Positions 39,721 to 50,190 of a stretch of 64,000 nt of DNA are shown one piece after another; the first letter of the stretch is position 1; every line of letters starts with the position of its first letter. Location: positions 96,010 to 160,009 of the IMG/VR virus record IMGVR_UViG_3300033182_000769; one strand, given 5' to 3'. A model generated the notes under the pieces. The model was not told the origin of the DNA. It searched no databases and was given only the letters and a program-made list of their open reading frames with translations. A program made the position numbers and the translations under genes. Source of the stretch: a virus.

Positions 39721-40636
39721 ATTAACAGCAGTTGCTTACTATAAAGGCATTCCACCTAACAATAAGAACATAGAGAAGCCTGCAATTCTCGATAATTTTA
39801 TTGCAGGCGTTAATGCAGTTGGCGATAATGGTGTTAAGCACAATGGCATGGGTGCAATTCCGTGTGATGTTGCATTGATACAAGGGTTTGTACACGAACA
39901 TGGAAAAAATGCGCCGCATCTTGCTCTAAGAAGGTCTGCTGTTGAGATGCAAAAACAAAATAATAAAAGATCTTTAATAGTTGATAGCAACTTATTTCTT
40001 TATGCTACTCCCGGTAACCCCAAGCATTACCTAAGATACAGTTTTGACGGAGTTTTTCCAACAACGGGTTTTTACTTTGACAAAAATGTTGACCCGACGC
40101 GGTGGCAACAGATAAGTCAAGATCTAAACATCAAATTAAAGCCATGGAGAACCGAAGGAAACCATATTTTAATTTGTTTACAAAGAAATGGTGGTTGGTC
40201 AATGCGTGGCCTTGACGTAATGCAATGGTTAAATCAAACTATAGCAACTATTAGACAGTTTTCTGGAAGACCTATTGTTGTTAGAGCACACCCTGGCGAT
40301 AAAAAAGCAAAAGCATACTTGAGAATATCGCAACCTAACGTTAGAATCAGCACAAAATTAAATTTATTGGAAGACTTGCGTGGTGCGTGGGCAACAATTG
40401 TCTATAATTCAAGCCCGGCAGTAGCAAGTTCTATAGAAGGTATTCCTGTTTTCTTAACAGATCCACAACCAGAACATAGTCAAGCATACGAAGTATCAAA
40501 TACTGACCTTTCAAAGATAGAAAATCCACTGTTGCCTGAACGACAAGGCTGGATTGAAAAATTATCCATGTGCCATTGGAACTTTGACGAACTAAGATCA
40601 GGTAAGGCTTGGAATTTTATGAGGAAATACGTTTAA
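39713..40636 (+). CDS. Capsule-synthesis-like GT-B protein, paralogue 4
   Basis: VVRAHP, YNSSPAVASSIEGIPVF. Confidence 0.6.
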   Translation: MSKLTAVAYYKGIPPNNKNIEKPAILDNFIAGVNAVGDNGVKHNGMGAIPCDVALIQGFVHEHGKNAPHLALRRSAVEMQKQNNKRSLIVDSNLFLYATPGNPKHYLRYSFDGVFPTTGFYFDKNVDPTRWQQISQDLNIKLKPWRTEGNHILICLQRNGGWSMRGLDVMQWLNQTIATIRQFSGRPIVVRAHPGDKKAKAYLRISQPNVRISTKLNLLEDLRGAWATIVYNSSPAVASSIEGIPVFLTDPQPEHSQAYEVSNTDLSKIENPLLPERQGWIEKLSMCHWNFDELRSGKAWNFMRKYV

Positions 40637-41478
40637 CGTTTAAATTGTTGCCAGTAAGGTTCAGTTCTTGGAACCTTTAAATCATCTCTATGACTCATTC
40701 CGGTGTTCTTCCTACCACCTTTTAAGTGATCTAACCAAGCACCCCATTGGCTATTAATCAAAGGATGACCTTCACCGGTACTCATTCCCGGTCTTGGACG
40801 AAGATCGTGTAAATTTGCAGCCCAGTCATGCTGCTTTAAACCAGGAATTGTCTTTTTAACTTCGTCAAACACAAAACTATCGTGCCATTCAGCCATTTGA
40901 AAAATGCCTTGTTCGGCCTGATCATAAACACGTTGAAATTCTTTTAAAAAGTTTAATGTAGCAGGGCTGGAAAGTTTCATAGCATATAATCCGCACTCAC
41001 TATATTTGCCTCTCCTGCCTAAATAACACAAATCTTGGTTATTAGGTAACATATATTTTAAGTTTTCTTCGTTAATTGGACTATGACAAATGGTGTCAGC
41101 ATCCATCCACATTAGCCATTCACTATCACACATATTAGCACAGGCAAAAATTGAGTAAACTTTATGGGCAAACCGAATAGCGTTCCATTTGAACCCTTTT
41201 CCGCTGTCTTTTCGTCGACTTCTAATCGGGTCATTAGATACATCGCCGTTAGCCTTTGGCGCATCTCTCCACTTTTCTTTAAATCTAACAAGCTCGGGGC
41301 TTGCTTGATGGAGATTAAATACTTTAAGGTTAGGTGCCTGCTCATCAACACAACAATTTTCAGCAAAAACGTACAAATTTACACTTGATGGCCAATTTTC
41401 TAAGAATGTCTGTATCATCCTCTTACCGTATAAATCGTATCCTGCTTTATGAAATGTTGTAACTACTGATAAATTCAT
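40633..41478 (-). CDS. GT-A glycosyltransferase
   Basis: VVTTF, RFAHKV, WMDAD (DxD), EWHDSFVF, HLKG.RK. Confidence 0.75.
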   Translation of the reverse strand: MNLSVVTTFHKAGYDLYGKRMIQTFLENWPSSVNLYVFAENCCVDEQAPNLKVFNLHQASPELVRFKEKWRDAPKANGDVSNDPIRSRRKDSGKGFKWNAIRFAHKVYSIFACANMCDSEWLMWMDADTICHSPINEENLKYMLPNNQDLCYLGRRGKYSECGLYAMKLSSPATLNFLKEFQRVYDQAEQGIFQMAEWHDSFVFDEVKKTIPGLKQHDWAANLHDLRPRPGMSTGEGHPLINSQWGAWLDHLKGGRKNTGMSHRDDLKVPRTEPYWQQFKR

Positions 41479-41873
41479 TTTAATTTCTTCCACGTATGGT
41501 AATAACCTTGTTGCTCAACTGCTCCGTACCCGGTTCGGTACAATGTTTGTGATAAATCTCGGCCAATGACCTCATCGCCTTCAATTACAACTAACGAATG
41601 CCACTTATTAAGTATAATAACAATATCATCTATCTTTTTTGTTTTGTCTCTATCGACAAATACTACAGAAATATCGTTTAGAAAATCCTTACCAGCACCG
41701 TGTTCTCTAAAAATTAAATTTTTGGCTTTAATTTTAGGAGCAGTTGGTGCAAATACAAACACAGATTTAAATACTTCAAGTATATCTTCTAAATGACCAA
41801 ACCCTTCTCCCAGAACAATGGCGTTCTGTGGATTCTTTTTTGTTTTTAAGAGTCTCTTTTGAAATTTTTCCAT
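41475..41873 (-). CDS. Hypothetical protein, possibly a degenerate methyltransferase fold
   Basis: AIVLGEGFG resembles a SAM-binding loop; ATGA-coupled. Confidence 0.45.
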   Translation of the reverse strand: MEKFQKRLLKTKKNPQNAIVLGEGFGHLEDILEVFKSVFVFAPTAPKIKAKNLIFREHGAGKDFLNDISVVFVDRDKTKKIDDIVIILNKWHSLVVIEGDEVIGRDLSQTLYRTGYGAVEQQGYYHTWKKLK

Positions 41874-41911
41874 TGTTTTTCATTAACTGCGCTGTTATTT
41901 ATAAGTATAGT

Positions 41912-42766
41912 ATGCGGTTTAAAATTTTTAGAGAGTTTGGTTCACTAAACAGTCCACCGGTATTTGATGCATTTGAGCAAGGACTAAAAAACATCGGCCA
42001 CGAAGTAGTAACTACTAACGAAGATGTTGGTGTAATATGGAGTGTCCTTTGGAACGGCCGCATGATGCGTAATCAATCTATATATAACGAGTACCGATCA
42101 AAAAACAAACCTATTATAATTATTGAAGTTGGTAATCTACTACGCAACAAAACCTGGAGAGTATGCCTTAATCATATAAACGGCGAAGGCCTATTTGGCA
42201 ATAATAACGACTTAGATGTTAACAGACCAAGTAAACTTAACGTTAGATTACAACATATTAAAAATCATAGACGCCCTGAGATCTTAATAGCGACACAACA
42301 TAACAGAAGCCTTCAATGGGAAGGTATGCCTCCTATGAGTAGTTGGGTTGATAATATTTTGGAAAAAATTCGAGCCTTTTCGGACAGAAAAGTTATAGTT
42401 AGACCACATCCACGCTCTCCTTTGAGATTAAATAAAAGTGACCCATCTGTTACTTTGCAAGTTCCTGCAAAAGTAGCAGGAAGTTACGATGACTTTGATA
42501 TTAATTACGGTTATCATTGTGTTATTAACCATAACAGTGGCCCTCCGGTTCAAGCAGCAATACACGGAGTGCCGGTAATTTGTCACAAAACCAGTCTGGC
42601 ATATCCTGTTTCTTCAACTTATGAAGATATAGAAAATATTGCACTTCCTGATAGAGAAGAATGGTTTTTAAAATTGACACACACCGAATGGACTGTTGAT
42701 GAGATCGCACAAGGGATACCGTTGAAACGAATAGAAAACTTAATACGAAGTCAAATTAGCCGTTGA
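41912..42766 (+). CDS. Capsule-synthesis-like GT-B protein, paralogue 5
   Basis: IVRPHPR, HNSGPPVQAAIHGVPV, TEWTVDEI. Confidence 0.6.
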   Translation: MRFKIFREFGSLNSPPVFDAFEQGLKNIGHEVVTTNEDVGVIWSVLWNGRMMRNQSIYNEYRSKNKPIIIIEVGNLLRNKTWRVCLNHINGEGLFGNNNDLDVNRPSKLNVRLQHIKNHRRPEILIATQHNRSLQWEGMPPMSSWVDNILEKIRAFSDRKVIVRPHPRSPLRLNKSDPSVTLQVPAKVAGSYDDFDINYGYHCVINHNSGPPVQAAIHGVPVICHKTSLAYPVSSTYEDIENIALPDREEWFLKLTHTEWTVDEIAQGIPLKRIENLIRSQISR

Positions 42767-42791
42767 CAAGGCTATAAAACAAATGTATAAT
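42763..42791 (+). promoter_or_regulatory. Consensus sigma70 promoter
   Basis: TTGACA-17-TATAAT; ATG follows after a 7-nt gap. Confidence 0.85.
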
Positions 42792-42798
42792 AGGTATT

Positions 42799-43992
42799 AT
42801 GACAAGTACAGTCTTCATAGAAGATATTTTTATTCAATTATGCGATACATTAGATTTCGCTCCTGTTTCGTTTCAGAAGCAAGACCGCTCTGCTATTGTT
42901 AGTTTCTATAGTACTCTTATAACAAATCAGAGACTAACTCAAAATCAAGGAAATTATATTTTACGGTTGTTAGGCAAGTACCGTAATCTATCAAAAATGC
43001 ACGGGTTTGATTACGAAGAGCACCTTGCTGACCCTAAATGGAGAAATCCATTTAGAACTCTCGATATGTCCAGAAAAGTATGGTTGGAACAAGATAGCGA
43101 AGGATGTCCTTGGATATGTTTAAAATTTCCGTACTTACTTAAAAAGGAATTTGAAGAAGCAATTCTTATTGCTGATTCATTCGAAGGTAGAGATTTTGGC
43201 AACGTATGGGATAAAGAAAGACGTGTTCGAATGCTATCCTTATATGAGTTTAACATTGTTCAGGTATATGATTTTATAAAAGATAACCATTTCGAAATAG
43301 ATGAATCGTTTTATGATGCACTTGCTTCAGTCGAAGAAATTTGGCAAAAGCAGGACGATGTTATAAAGACTTGTACAATTTCTAACAGTAAAGTACAACT
43401 AAACAATGCCAATGAAGATGCATTAACATACTTTAAGAATAATTCTATCAATAACATAACAAATGATTTATTGTTAGCAAAGTCTATGGGATACTATTTT
43501 GCGCAACAACCGTCAAATAAGGCGCAAAAAATAGCCGGTACAAAAACCACCCAGTTTTACGTGTCAAATTACAAAGATTTGTTTGAAATTGCGTCACAAA
43601 TACAAGGAAATATTGTATTTGTAATAGATAGAACTGTAGATGCCTTAGAATGGCTTAAAACATTAAAGACGAACATTGACCTTAACAATATTAATAGAGA
43701 AGAATTTAAGGTTTGTTTTAGAGAATCCAATAAAGATAACCCGGAATTTAATAATTGGGTTAAAGAAAACGGCTTTGGCGGTAAAGTTGATACAGGAAAG
43801 TATTTAATTTTTAAACATAAACCAGCAAAGTGGTTGTTCTCTAACAATATTGATGTTAAAATAATAGTTACTAATAATGTTTATCCGTCAACTAATCCGT
43901 TGACTAAACAATGGATAGCAACACATCCGTGTGTAATTTATTTTGATGAAGTTAAACCTTCATATGGGAGTAATACTATTGTCGAGTTGTAA
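42799..43992 (+). CDS. Hypothetical protein upstream of the helicase
   Basis: 397-aa ORF with its own promoter. Confidence 0.7.
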   Translation: MTSTVFIEDIFIQLCDTLDFAPVSFQKQDRSAIVSFYSTLITNQRLTQNQGNYILRLLGKYRNLSKMHGFDYEEHLADPKWRNPFRTLDMSRKVWLEQDSEGCPWICLKFPYLLKKEFEEAILIADSFEGRDFGNVWDKERRVRMLSLYEFNIVQVYDFIKDNHFEIDESFYDALASVEEIWQKQDDVIKTCTISNSKVQLNNANEDALTYFKNNSINNITNDLLLAKSMGYYFAQQPSNKAQKIAGTKTTQFYVSNYKDLFEIASQIQGNIVFVIDRTVDALEWLKTLKTNIDLNNINREEFKVCFRESNKDNPEFNNWVKENGFGGKVDTGKYLIFKHKPAKWLFSNNIDVKIIVTNNVYPSTNPLTKQWIATHPCVIYFDEVKPSYGSNTIVEL

Positions 43993-45433
43993 ACTTGTAA
44001 TTAAAGATGAAGTTAATATTAAACTTGAAGGCTTAGCGATCGAAACAAGACGTAAGATTGCTAACAAGCTCAAGTTTGAATTGCCTTACGCTCGTCATAT
44101 GCCTGCATTTAAGTTAGGTCGATGGGATGGTACCATAAGTTTCTTTGGCATTGGAGGTACGGGGTACCTTGCACATTTAGATACTATATTACCTATTATT
44201 GAAAATGACGGATATGATATTGAAGTAGAAGATAATAGACATCATCATACATTTGATTTTAAGAAAGTTAATGAAAATTACTGGGCAGACCAAGGAAAGA
44301 CATGGCCCGAAGGACATCCTGCTGAAGGATGTCCTATTGTGCTACGCGACTATCAGTATGATGTTGTTAACAAATTTTTAGAAAATCCACAGTCATTACA
44401 GGAGGTTGCGACAGGTGCAGGTAAAACTATTACTACTGCTACCCTTAGCCATTTATGCGAGCCATATGGTCGTACAATGGTTATTGTACCCAATAAAAGT
44501 CTTGTTGTACAAACGGAAGAAGACTACAGAAACTTGGGTCTCGATGTAGGAGTATACTTTGGTGATCGTAAAGAATTAAATCATACACATACTATTTGTA
44601 CATGGCAAAGTCTTAATGTTCTCGATAAGAAAAGTTATGATAGCGACACATTAACACTTGCAGAATTTACAGAAGGCGTACAAGCAATTATTATTGATGA
44701 AGTACACCAAGCAAAAGCAGAAGTACTTAAAAAACTGCTTACACAAAATTTCCGTAATGCTCCAATACGTTGGGGACTTACAGGAACAGTACCTAAGGAA
44801 CAACACGAGTTTCAAGGTATTTTAGCAGGCATTGGTCCTGTTATCAATCAAGTTAGTGCGCATGACTTACAACAAAAAGGTGTGTTGGCTAATTTAGAAA
44901 TTAACATTTTACAAACTAAAGATGTTGAAGTATTTAGAAACTTTCAAGAAGAGTATCAGTGGTTAGTTACAGACAGTAAGCGTCTTGACTGGATGGCTGA
45001 CATGATTAAAGAGTTTCAAAAATCAGGTAATACGCTTGTATTGATTAATAGAATTGATACAGGTAAAAAACTCATGGAACGATTACCTGATGCTTCTTTC
45101 GTTAAAGGGGATGTAAAGTTAGATGAAAGAAAAGAACAGTACGACGAAGTCAGAGATGCTCACGATAAGATTATCATTGCTACTTACGGTGTTGCCGCCG
45201 TTGGCATTAATATTCCTCGTATATTCAATTTGGTTCTCATAGAGCCAGGTAAAAGTTTTGTACGAGTAATACAATCGATAGGACGTGGTATTCGTAAAGC
45301 AGAAGATAAGGATTTTGTACAAATATGGGATGTCACTTCAACTTGTAAGTATGCAAAGCGGCACTTAACAGAACGTAAAAAATATTACAAAGAAGCAAAC
45401 TATCCATTTAAAATAACAAAGGTAGATGTATGA
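43979..45433 (+). CDS. uvsW: SF2 DNA helicase UvsW-like
   Basis: LRDYQ, ATGAGKT, DEVH, GLTGT, QSIGRGIR; TTG start after GGAG. Confidence 0.92.
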   Translation: MSSCKLVIKDEVNIKLEGLAIETRRKIANKLKFELPYARHMPAFKLGRWDGTISFFGIGGTGYLAHLDTILPIIENDGYDIEVEDNRHHHTFDFKKVNENYWADQGKTWPEGHPAEGCPIVLRDYQYDVVNKFLENPQSLQEVATGAGKTITTATLSHLCEPYGRTMVIVPNKSLVVQTEEDYRNLGLDVGVYFGDRKELNHTHTICTWQSLNVLDKKSYDSDTLTLAEFTEGVQAIIIDEVHQAKAEVLKKLLTQNFRNAPIRWGLTGTVPKEQHEFQGILAGIGPVINQVSAHDLQQKGVLANLEINILQTKDVEVFRNFQEEYQWLVTDSKRLDWMADMIKEFQKSGNTLVLINRIDTGKKLMERLPDASFVKGDVKLDERKEQYDEVRDAHDKIIIATYGVAAVGINIPRIFNLVLIEPGKSFVRVIQSIGRGIRKAEDKDFVQIWDVTSTCKYAKRHLTERKKYYKEANYPFKITKVDV

Positions 45434-45933
45434 GAATATTAACATTAGATAACGAGCCGTTTGATCTAAACGAGCTCCCAGAAGAAGTTGAAGACACAAG
45501 ATTTAGCGTTTTAGATAATTCGGATACAAACGATCCTGATTTTTATTTTATGCCGTTAATCTTTTTAGAAAGTTTTAACAGTCCGGCAATTTTGCTAAGT
45601 ATTGGCGGATATGAGGTAGAAATGCCCTTAGACTGGTGTATGCTTGTTGGCGATAGCGAATGCGGGTCGGATCCGGAAATTTTACCGTTAACATCAATCA
45701 ATGAACGTGGGTTTGAAGCATTTGTTATGAACCCAATCACAGGGTTTAGATGCGAATATCTTCCTGTTGAGATTATAAACATTTATCAAGATGTTAAATG
45801 GTACTTTCCAAAGATGCGTAACGGACAATTGTTAACGGTACCGTTAGGTGATGGTCCAGAACCACTTTGTGCATATTTTGTAAAAGAAGTGAGCAGACAG
45901 TGTGAAATATTACAATTAACGAACTTAATGTAA
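45430..45933 (+). CDS. Hypothetical protein
   Basis: ATGA-coupled to the helicase. Confidence 0.7.
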   Translation: MRILTLDNEPFDLNELPEEVEDTRFSVLDNSDTNDPDFYFMPLIFLESFNSPAILLSIGGYEVEMPLDWCMLVGDSECGSDPEILPLTSINERGFEAFVMNPITGFRCEYLPVEIINIYQDVKWYFPKMRNGQLLTVPLGDGPEPLCAYFVKEVSRQCEILQLTNLM

Positions 45934-45943
45934 GGAGAAAGGA

Positions 45944-46303
45944 ATGACAATGAAAGCAGGCAAGGTATGGGGTCAAACAGAATTGATCCACGCAAACGGT
46001 GTACTTGAGTTTCATCGTATTGAATACAAAAAAGGCTACAAGTGTAGTGAACACGAACACAAGTACAAGTGGAATGGCTTCTTTGTAGAGTCAGGTAAGA
46101 TGATTGTTCGTGTATGGCAAGACGCAGATCAAGAAGGATTAGTTGATGAAACAATTTTAGGTCCAGGAGAGTTTACACAAGTTAAGCCAGGCAAGGTACA
46201 TCAGTTTGAAGGCGTAGAAGACGGTGTAGCATTTGAGCTTTACTGGGCTGAGTTTAATCATGATGATATTGTGCGTAGAACTGTAGGTAGTAAGTCTAAA
46301 TGA
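45944..46303 (+). CDS. Cupin-domain protein
   Basis: CSEHEH.YKWNGF, PGKVHQF, FELY. Confidence 0.8.
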   Translation: MTMKAGKVWGQTELIHANGVLEFHRIEYKKGYKCSEHEHKYKWNGFFVESGKMIVRVWQDADQEGLVDETILGPGEFTQVKPGKVHQFEGVEDGVAFELYWAEFNHDDIVRRTVGSKSK

Positions 46304-46989
46304 TTAAAGGCTTTGTTATTGTAAAAGAAGGCGACGAAACGTCAAACCAATTAGCAGAAGAATGTATTGCTTCTGGTGCTGATCATGGGTTTAATATTGA
46401 AAAGTTTTCTGGAGTTTACGATAACATCGATCAATTATTTGAAACCAATAAACTTTTTGTTAACCCAGATGGAAACAAAAAAGTACGAACAAATGGTGTG
46501 AAGGGTTGTTTCCTTTCACACTTTTCTTTATGGAAAAAGTGTGTCGAACTAAACGAAACTATTGCTGTATTCGAATACGATGCATTAGTTATAAACACAC
46601 TGCCAAAGAATATCGTTAAGAAGTTTGATGATTATTTGAATTTAGATTATGCAAGACATTTATATCTTAACGAAGATGTAGAAAAATATAAATCTGAATT
46701 AATATCGTCAGATGAAATACTAACTTATAAATTTAGTGAAAATATAGATTCTGATAAACGAAGTTTTAAGTATATTAACAGAAATCATATTAGAGGAGCA
46801 TACGGTTATTTAATTACTCCTAATGGCGCATCTAAACTCATCAACGCTGCAAGAACAGAAGGTATGCTTCCTGCAGATGTATTGCCGAATATGAAGTATA
46901 TTAATTTACATTATACAACACCAAGTGTTGTAAGACTAAATCCAAAGATGTTAGAAAATTTAACAACTTGGTCACACACCAAGAGGTAA
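46300..46989 (+). CDS. Glycosyltransferase family 25
   Basis: GCFLSH..LW.KC, FEYDA, GAYGYLITP.GA.KL. Confidence 0.85.
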   Translation: MIKGFVIVKEGDETSNQLAEECIASGADHGFNIEKFSGVYDNIDQLFETNKLFVNPDGNKKVRTNGVKGCFLSHFSLWKKCVELNETIAVFEYDALVINTLPKNIVKKFDDYLNLDYARHLYLNEDVEKYKSELISSDEILTYKFSENIDSDKRSFKYINRNHIRGAYGYLITPNGASKLINAARTEGMLPADVLPNMKYINLHYTTPSVVRLNPKMLENLTTWSHTKR

Positions 46990-46991
46990 TA

Positions 46992-47624
46992 ATGGAACAT
47001 TTAGTTGAAAAGAGAAAAGGCTGGTGGTGGCCAAAGTACGATGTTGCTTGTTGGAAGTTTTTAATAAGACGTCGAAACTTACCCGCAAAAGTAAGTGAAT
47101 TTTGTGATAGTAAACGTGTAGTTATTCAAGCAGGAGGAAATGCAGGTATGTATCCTGCAATGTATGGAGACTTGTTTGAAACAGTTTATACGTTTGAACC
47201 TGATCCTCTTAATTTCTATTGCTTAACTAAGAATGTAAAAGATAATGTTGTTAAATTTCAAGGTTGTGTTGGCAATAATAGAAATTTAGTTGACATCAGT
47301 TTGCTACCTGCGGTAGGCCATTCGCCAAACTCTGGCGCATTTCAAGTTGCTGGCAGCGGAAGCATCCCAACATTTATTATTGATGATTTTAATTTTAAAA
47401 ACGTTGATTTAATACATCTTGATATTGAAGGGTTTGAACTATTTGCTCTTAAAGGTGCAGTTAAAACAATTCAACAATGGCATCCAACAATTGCATTAGA
47501 GTTAAATGGACTTGCAGAACGATACGACCATTCAGACCATGATGTTGTGCAGTTTTTAAAAGAACACGGGTATGAGCGTGTAGACACCGCAGACGATGAC
47601 GTGATTTTCAAATGGGTACATTAA
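46992..47624 (+). CDS. FkbM-family methyltransferase
   Basis: QAGGNAG, TFEP, DLIHLDIEGFE..ALKGA..TI..P.I.LE. Confidence 0.88.
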   Translation: MEHLVEKRKGWWWPKYDVACWKFLIRRRNLPAKVSEFCDSKRVVIQAGGNAGMYPAMYGDLFETVYTFEPDPLNFYCLTKNVKDNVVKFQGCVGNNRNLVDISLLPAVGHSPNSGAFQVAGSGSIPTFIIDDFNFKNVDLIHLDIEGFELFALKGAVKTIQQWHPTIALELNGLAERYDHSDHDVVQFLKEHGYERVDTADDDVIFKWVH

Positions 47625-47866
47625 AGCCAGGCGAAGCATTAATTTATGAACGTGCAAATGGAGTGACCTATGCAAGGTATAGAGATCCTCCATATAACAC
47701 TATTCCAAGATGGGAAATTGGGCGAACACAAGAAGCCGACTTGCATCTTGAATTAAGATTGTGGGAAGATATCATGCGAGCCTCTTGGAATAATAAACAG
47801 TTGCAAGATGCAATTGAACGTGTTAAAATAATATATGCATTGAGTAAGAAGGACGATAATGGGTAA
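47612..47866 (+). CDS. Hypothetical protein
   Basis: Overlapping in-operon ORF. Confidence 0.65.
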   Translation: MGTLKPGEALIYERANGVTYARYRDPPYNTIPRWEIGRTQEADLHLELRLWEDIMRASWNNKQLQDAIERVKIIYALSKKDDNG

Positions 47867-48338
47867 GAACAAGTACGTTGATTTGTTTAAGGATATGATT
47901 CCTGCTGTAGATCAAAATATAAAGGAATTATGGGATGCTGCTGACGAAGCAGGACAAAAAGAAATTAAGGGCGACCTATGGACTCTTAACCGTTATATTA
48001 GTAGTTGCAAATCCAGTAATCGAGAATTAAAAGAGCATTACTGCTTAACAGTGAACGAGTTCTACAATAAAAATTGGAATGAGATAGCCAAGCATCCAAA
48101 ACTCCAATGGCAAAGTTTATGTGTTTGCGGACACGAGAGTAAGAAATCTCAATTTCATGAATGGATTGCTTTAAAGAAAACAAAAAATAAGAAAGAAGAT
48201 TTTTTATCAACATTATTTCCAGACATGAAAAGGGCAGACATTGAAACACTTGCTAAAATCACAACAGACAAAGAAATCAAAGAATATTGCAAAAATCTTG
48301 GCTGGGATAAAAAAGAGATCGATGGAATTAAACTATAA
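47859..48338 (+). CDS. Hypothetical protein, possibly clamp-loader small-subunit (gp62)-like
   Basis: W.LNRY.S, N......KHPKLQW, FHEWI pattern; weak. Confidence 0.4.
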   Translation: MGKNKYVDLFKDMIPAVDQNIKELWDAADEAGQKEIKGDLWTLNRYISSCKSSNRELKEHYCLTVNEFYNKNWNEIAKHPKLQWQSLCVCGHESKKSQFHEWIALKKTKNKKEDFLSTLFPDMKRADIETLAKITTDKEIKEYCKNLGWDKKEIDGIKL

Positions 48339-49005
48339 GTGCGAATATTGTGGCAAACCGTTTGCTAAAGAAAAAACACTTGCTGTTCATGTATGTGAGC
48401 AGAAGCGTAGACATCTTGCGAAAAATGAAAAGCACGTACAATTAGCACTTTTAACTTATAACAGATTTTATGAATTAGCACAGGGAGGTAAAGGAAATAA
48501 AACCTTTACTGAGTTTGCAAAGAGTCCTTATTATAATGCATTTGTTAAGTTTGGAAGTTTTGTTAGTAACGTAAATCCTATATATCCTAACAAATTTATA
48601 GACTATGTAATTAAGAGCGGAGTTAAACTTGACCATTGGTGTAGAGATGCGTTATATGATACTTACTTAATGGAGCTCATTAAGAACGAACCAGCAGACG
48701 GTGCCATCCAGCGAACAATTAAAACTATGATGGACTGGGCAGATAAAAGTGAAGCACCGTGGGAACATTATTTCAAATACGTTAATTTAAATCGAGCAAC
48801 ACACGACATCAAAGAAGGCCTTATTAGTCCTTGGCTATTGTTAAATACTCGAGCAGGCAAAGAAATGCTACAGAATATGAACGACGAACAATTAGATATA
48901 ATTAGCCCTCTAATTGATCCGCAACACTGGATGAGAAGATTTAAAAAAATTCCAGGCGATGTAGCATTAGTCAAGGACGTTATTAAGGAAGCAAAAATAT
49001 TATGA
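48322..49005 (+). CDS. Protein with N-terminal C2H2/C2HC zinc finger
   Basis: YKCEYCGKPFAKEKTLAVHVC. Confidence 0.7.
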   Translation: MELNYKCEYCGKPFAKEKTLAVHVCEQKRRHLAKNEKHVQLALLTYNRFYELAQGGKGNKTFTEFAKSPYYNAFVKFGSFVSNVNPIYPNKFIDYVIKSGVKLDHWCRDALYDTYLMELIKNEPADGAIQRTIKTMMDWADKSEAPWEHYFKYVNLNRATHDIKEGLISPWLLLNTRAGKEMLQNMNDEQLDIISPLIDPQHWMRRFKKIPGDVALVKDVIKEAKIL

Positions 49006-49187
49006 GCGAAGAATACATTACTCAAGCGGATTTAGATATCCAAGTTATGACAGGTGAAGACGAAACAGAACCTTGTGTTTATGTAAAATTTACAGGATTT
49101 GAGAGCCTCGAAGAAGCAGATGCATACGCAGATGATTTAATCGAAACACTTCCTTTATTGTTGTTTGAAAGTACAAGGATACACTAA
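49002..49187 (+). CDS. Hypothetical protein
   Basis: Coupled on both sides. Confidence 0.6.
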   Translation: MSEEYITQADLDIQVMTGEDETEPCVYVKFTGFESLEEADAYADDLIETLPLLLFESTRIH

Positions 49188-49804
49188 TGGCCAATGTAGT
49201 ACCACTTTTTGCTGTTCCGTTGTTTGTTGATAACATAGGTACAGATTTTGATTTAGATTTTCTTAAAGATGATTCGATGTACGATCGAATGCATTCAAAT
49301 AATGGATACTACACTAAAGATAAAAAAATATTAAACAATCCAAACTTAGAAAAATTAAAACTTGCAATAGCATCAGCCGTTGGAGAATATATAAACTTTC
49401 TTAAAATTTCTGGTGATATTGAATTCTTCTTTACAACATCGTGGGTTGTAAAGCACGACATGGGAGACTTTGGTGGTAGCCATCACCATGCAAATTCGTT
49501 GTTTTCAGGAGTTTATTATTTTGATGTGCATCCTGATAGCGGCGACATTATTTTTGAAAACGGACAAGAGAACATTATAGGTAACACATTAAAGTTTGAA
49601 TATAGCGAATGGAACATTTTTAATTCTATGGAATGGAACATTACACCGGAGAATGGAATGCTGGTTATGTTTCCTTCGCACTTGTCGCACAGGATTAATC
49701 CAAACCAAAATAAACTTCCAAGGTATGTGTTAGCGTTTAACCTATTTGCTAAAGGAGCGTTTGGAAGAGATAATACAGGATTAATGGAGTTAGATATAGC
49801 ATGA
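49187..49804 (+). CDS. 2OG-Fe(II) oxygenase, TIGR02466-like
   Basis: SW, HHHANS.FSGVYY, FPSHLSH, R..LAFN. Confidence 0.85.
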   Translation: MANVVPLFAVPLFVDNIGTDFDLDFLKDDSMYDRMHSNNGYYTKDKKILNNPNLEKLKLAIASAVGEYINFLKISGDIEFFFTTSWVVKHDMGDFGGSHHHANSLFSGVYYFDVHPDSGDIIFENGQENIIGNTLKFEYSEWNIFNSMEWNITPENGMLVMFPSHLSHRINPNQNKLPRYVLAFNLFAKGAFGRDNTGLMELDIA

Positions 49805-49989
49805 CAAAGTTAAGAAAATTATTAGACGACAGCGAAGTTGAGTGCCTCGATAAACCTGTTAATTTAACAATCCTAACCAAGTGCCCGAAGAAATGGAAAC
49901 TCACTGATATGGAAACTGGACAGACTTATATAGCGAGCGGTGACTACGAAATTTATAAGCAATGGAAATTAATTAGAGAGGATGAATAA
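49801..49989 (+). CDS. Hypothetical protein
   Basis: TKCPKKWKLTDMETG; ATGA coupling. Confidence 0.65.
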   Translation: MTKLRKLLDDSEVECLDKPVNLTILTKCPKKWKLTDMETGQTYIASGDYEIYKQWKLIREDE

Positions 49990-50190
49990 ATGCAACACTT
50001 AGGTGGAATTAAACATTTAAACAGACGTTGGGAATCGTTAGGAGCACTATTGCATTGTATCAACACACAATGCAAAGATGAAGATATTTTGTTTTACGAT
50101 GGTAAAGTAATTCAAACTAACAAAGGTGAGTATTCATTTGATAGTGATGGAAACCTAACTTATGTTCCTAAAGAAGGTATCGATGAATGA
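49990..50190 (+). CDS. Small hypothetical protein, paralogue of 51054..51227
   Basis: KHLNRRWESL...DG..I.TNKG.Y. Confidence 0.65.
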   Translation: MQHLGGIKHLNRRWESLGALLHCINTQCKDEDILFYDGKVIQTNKGEYSFDSDGNLTYVPKEGIDE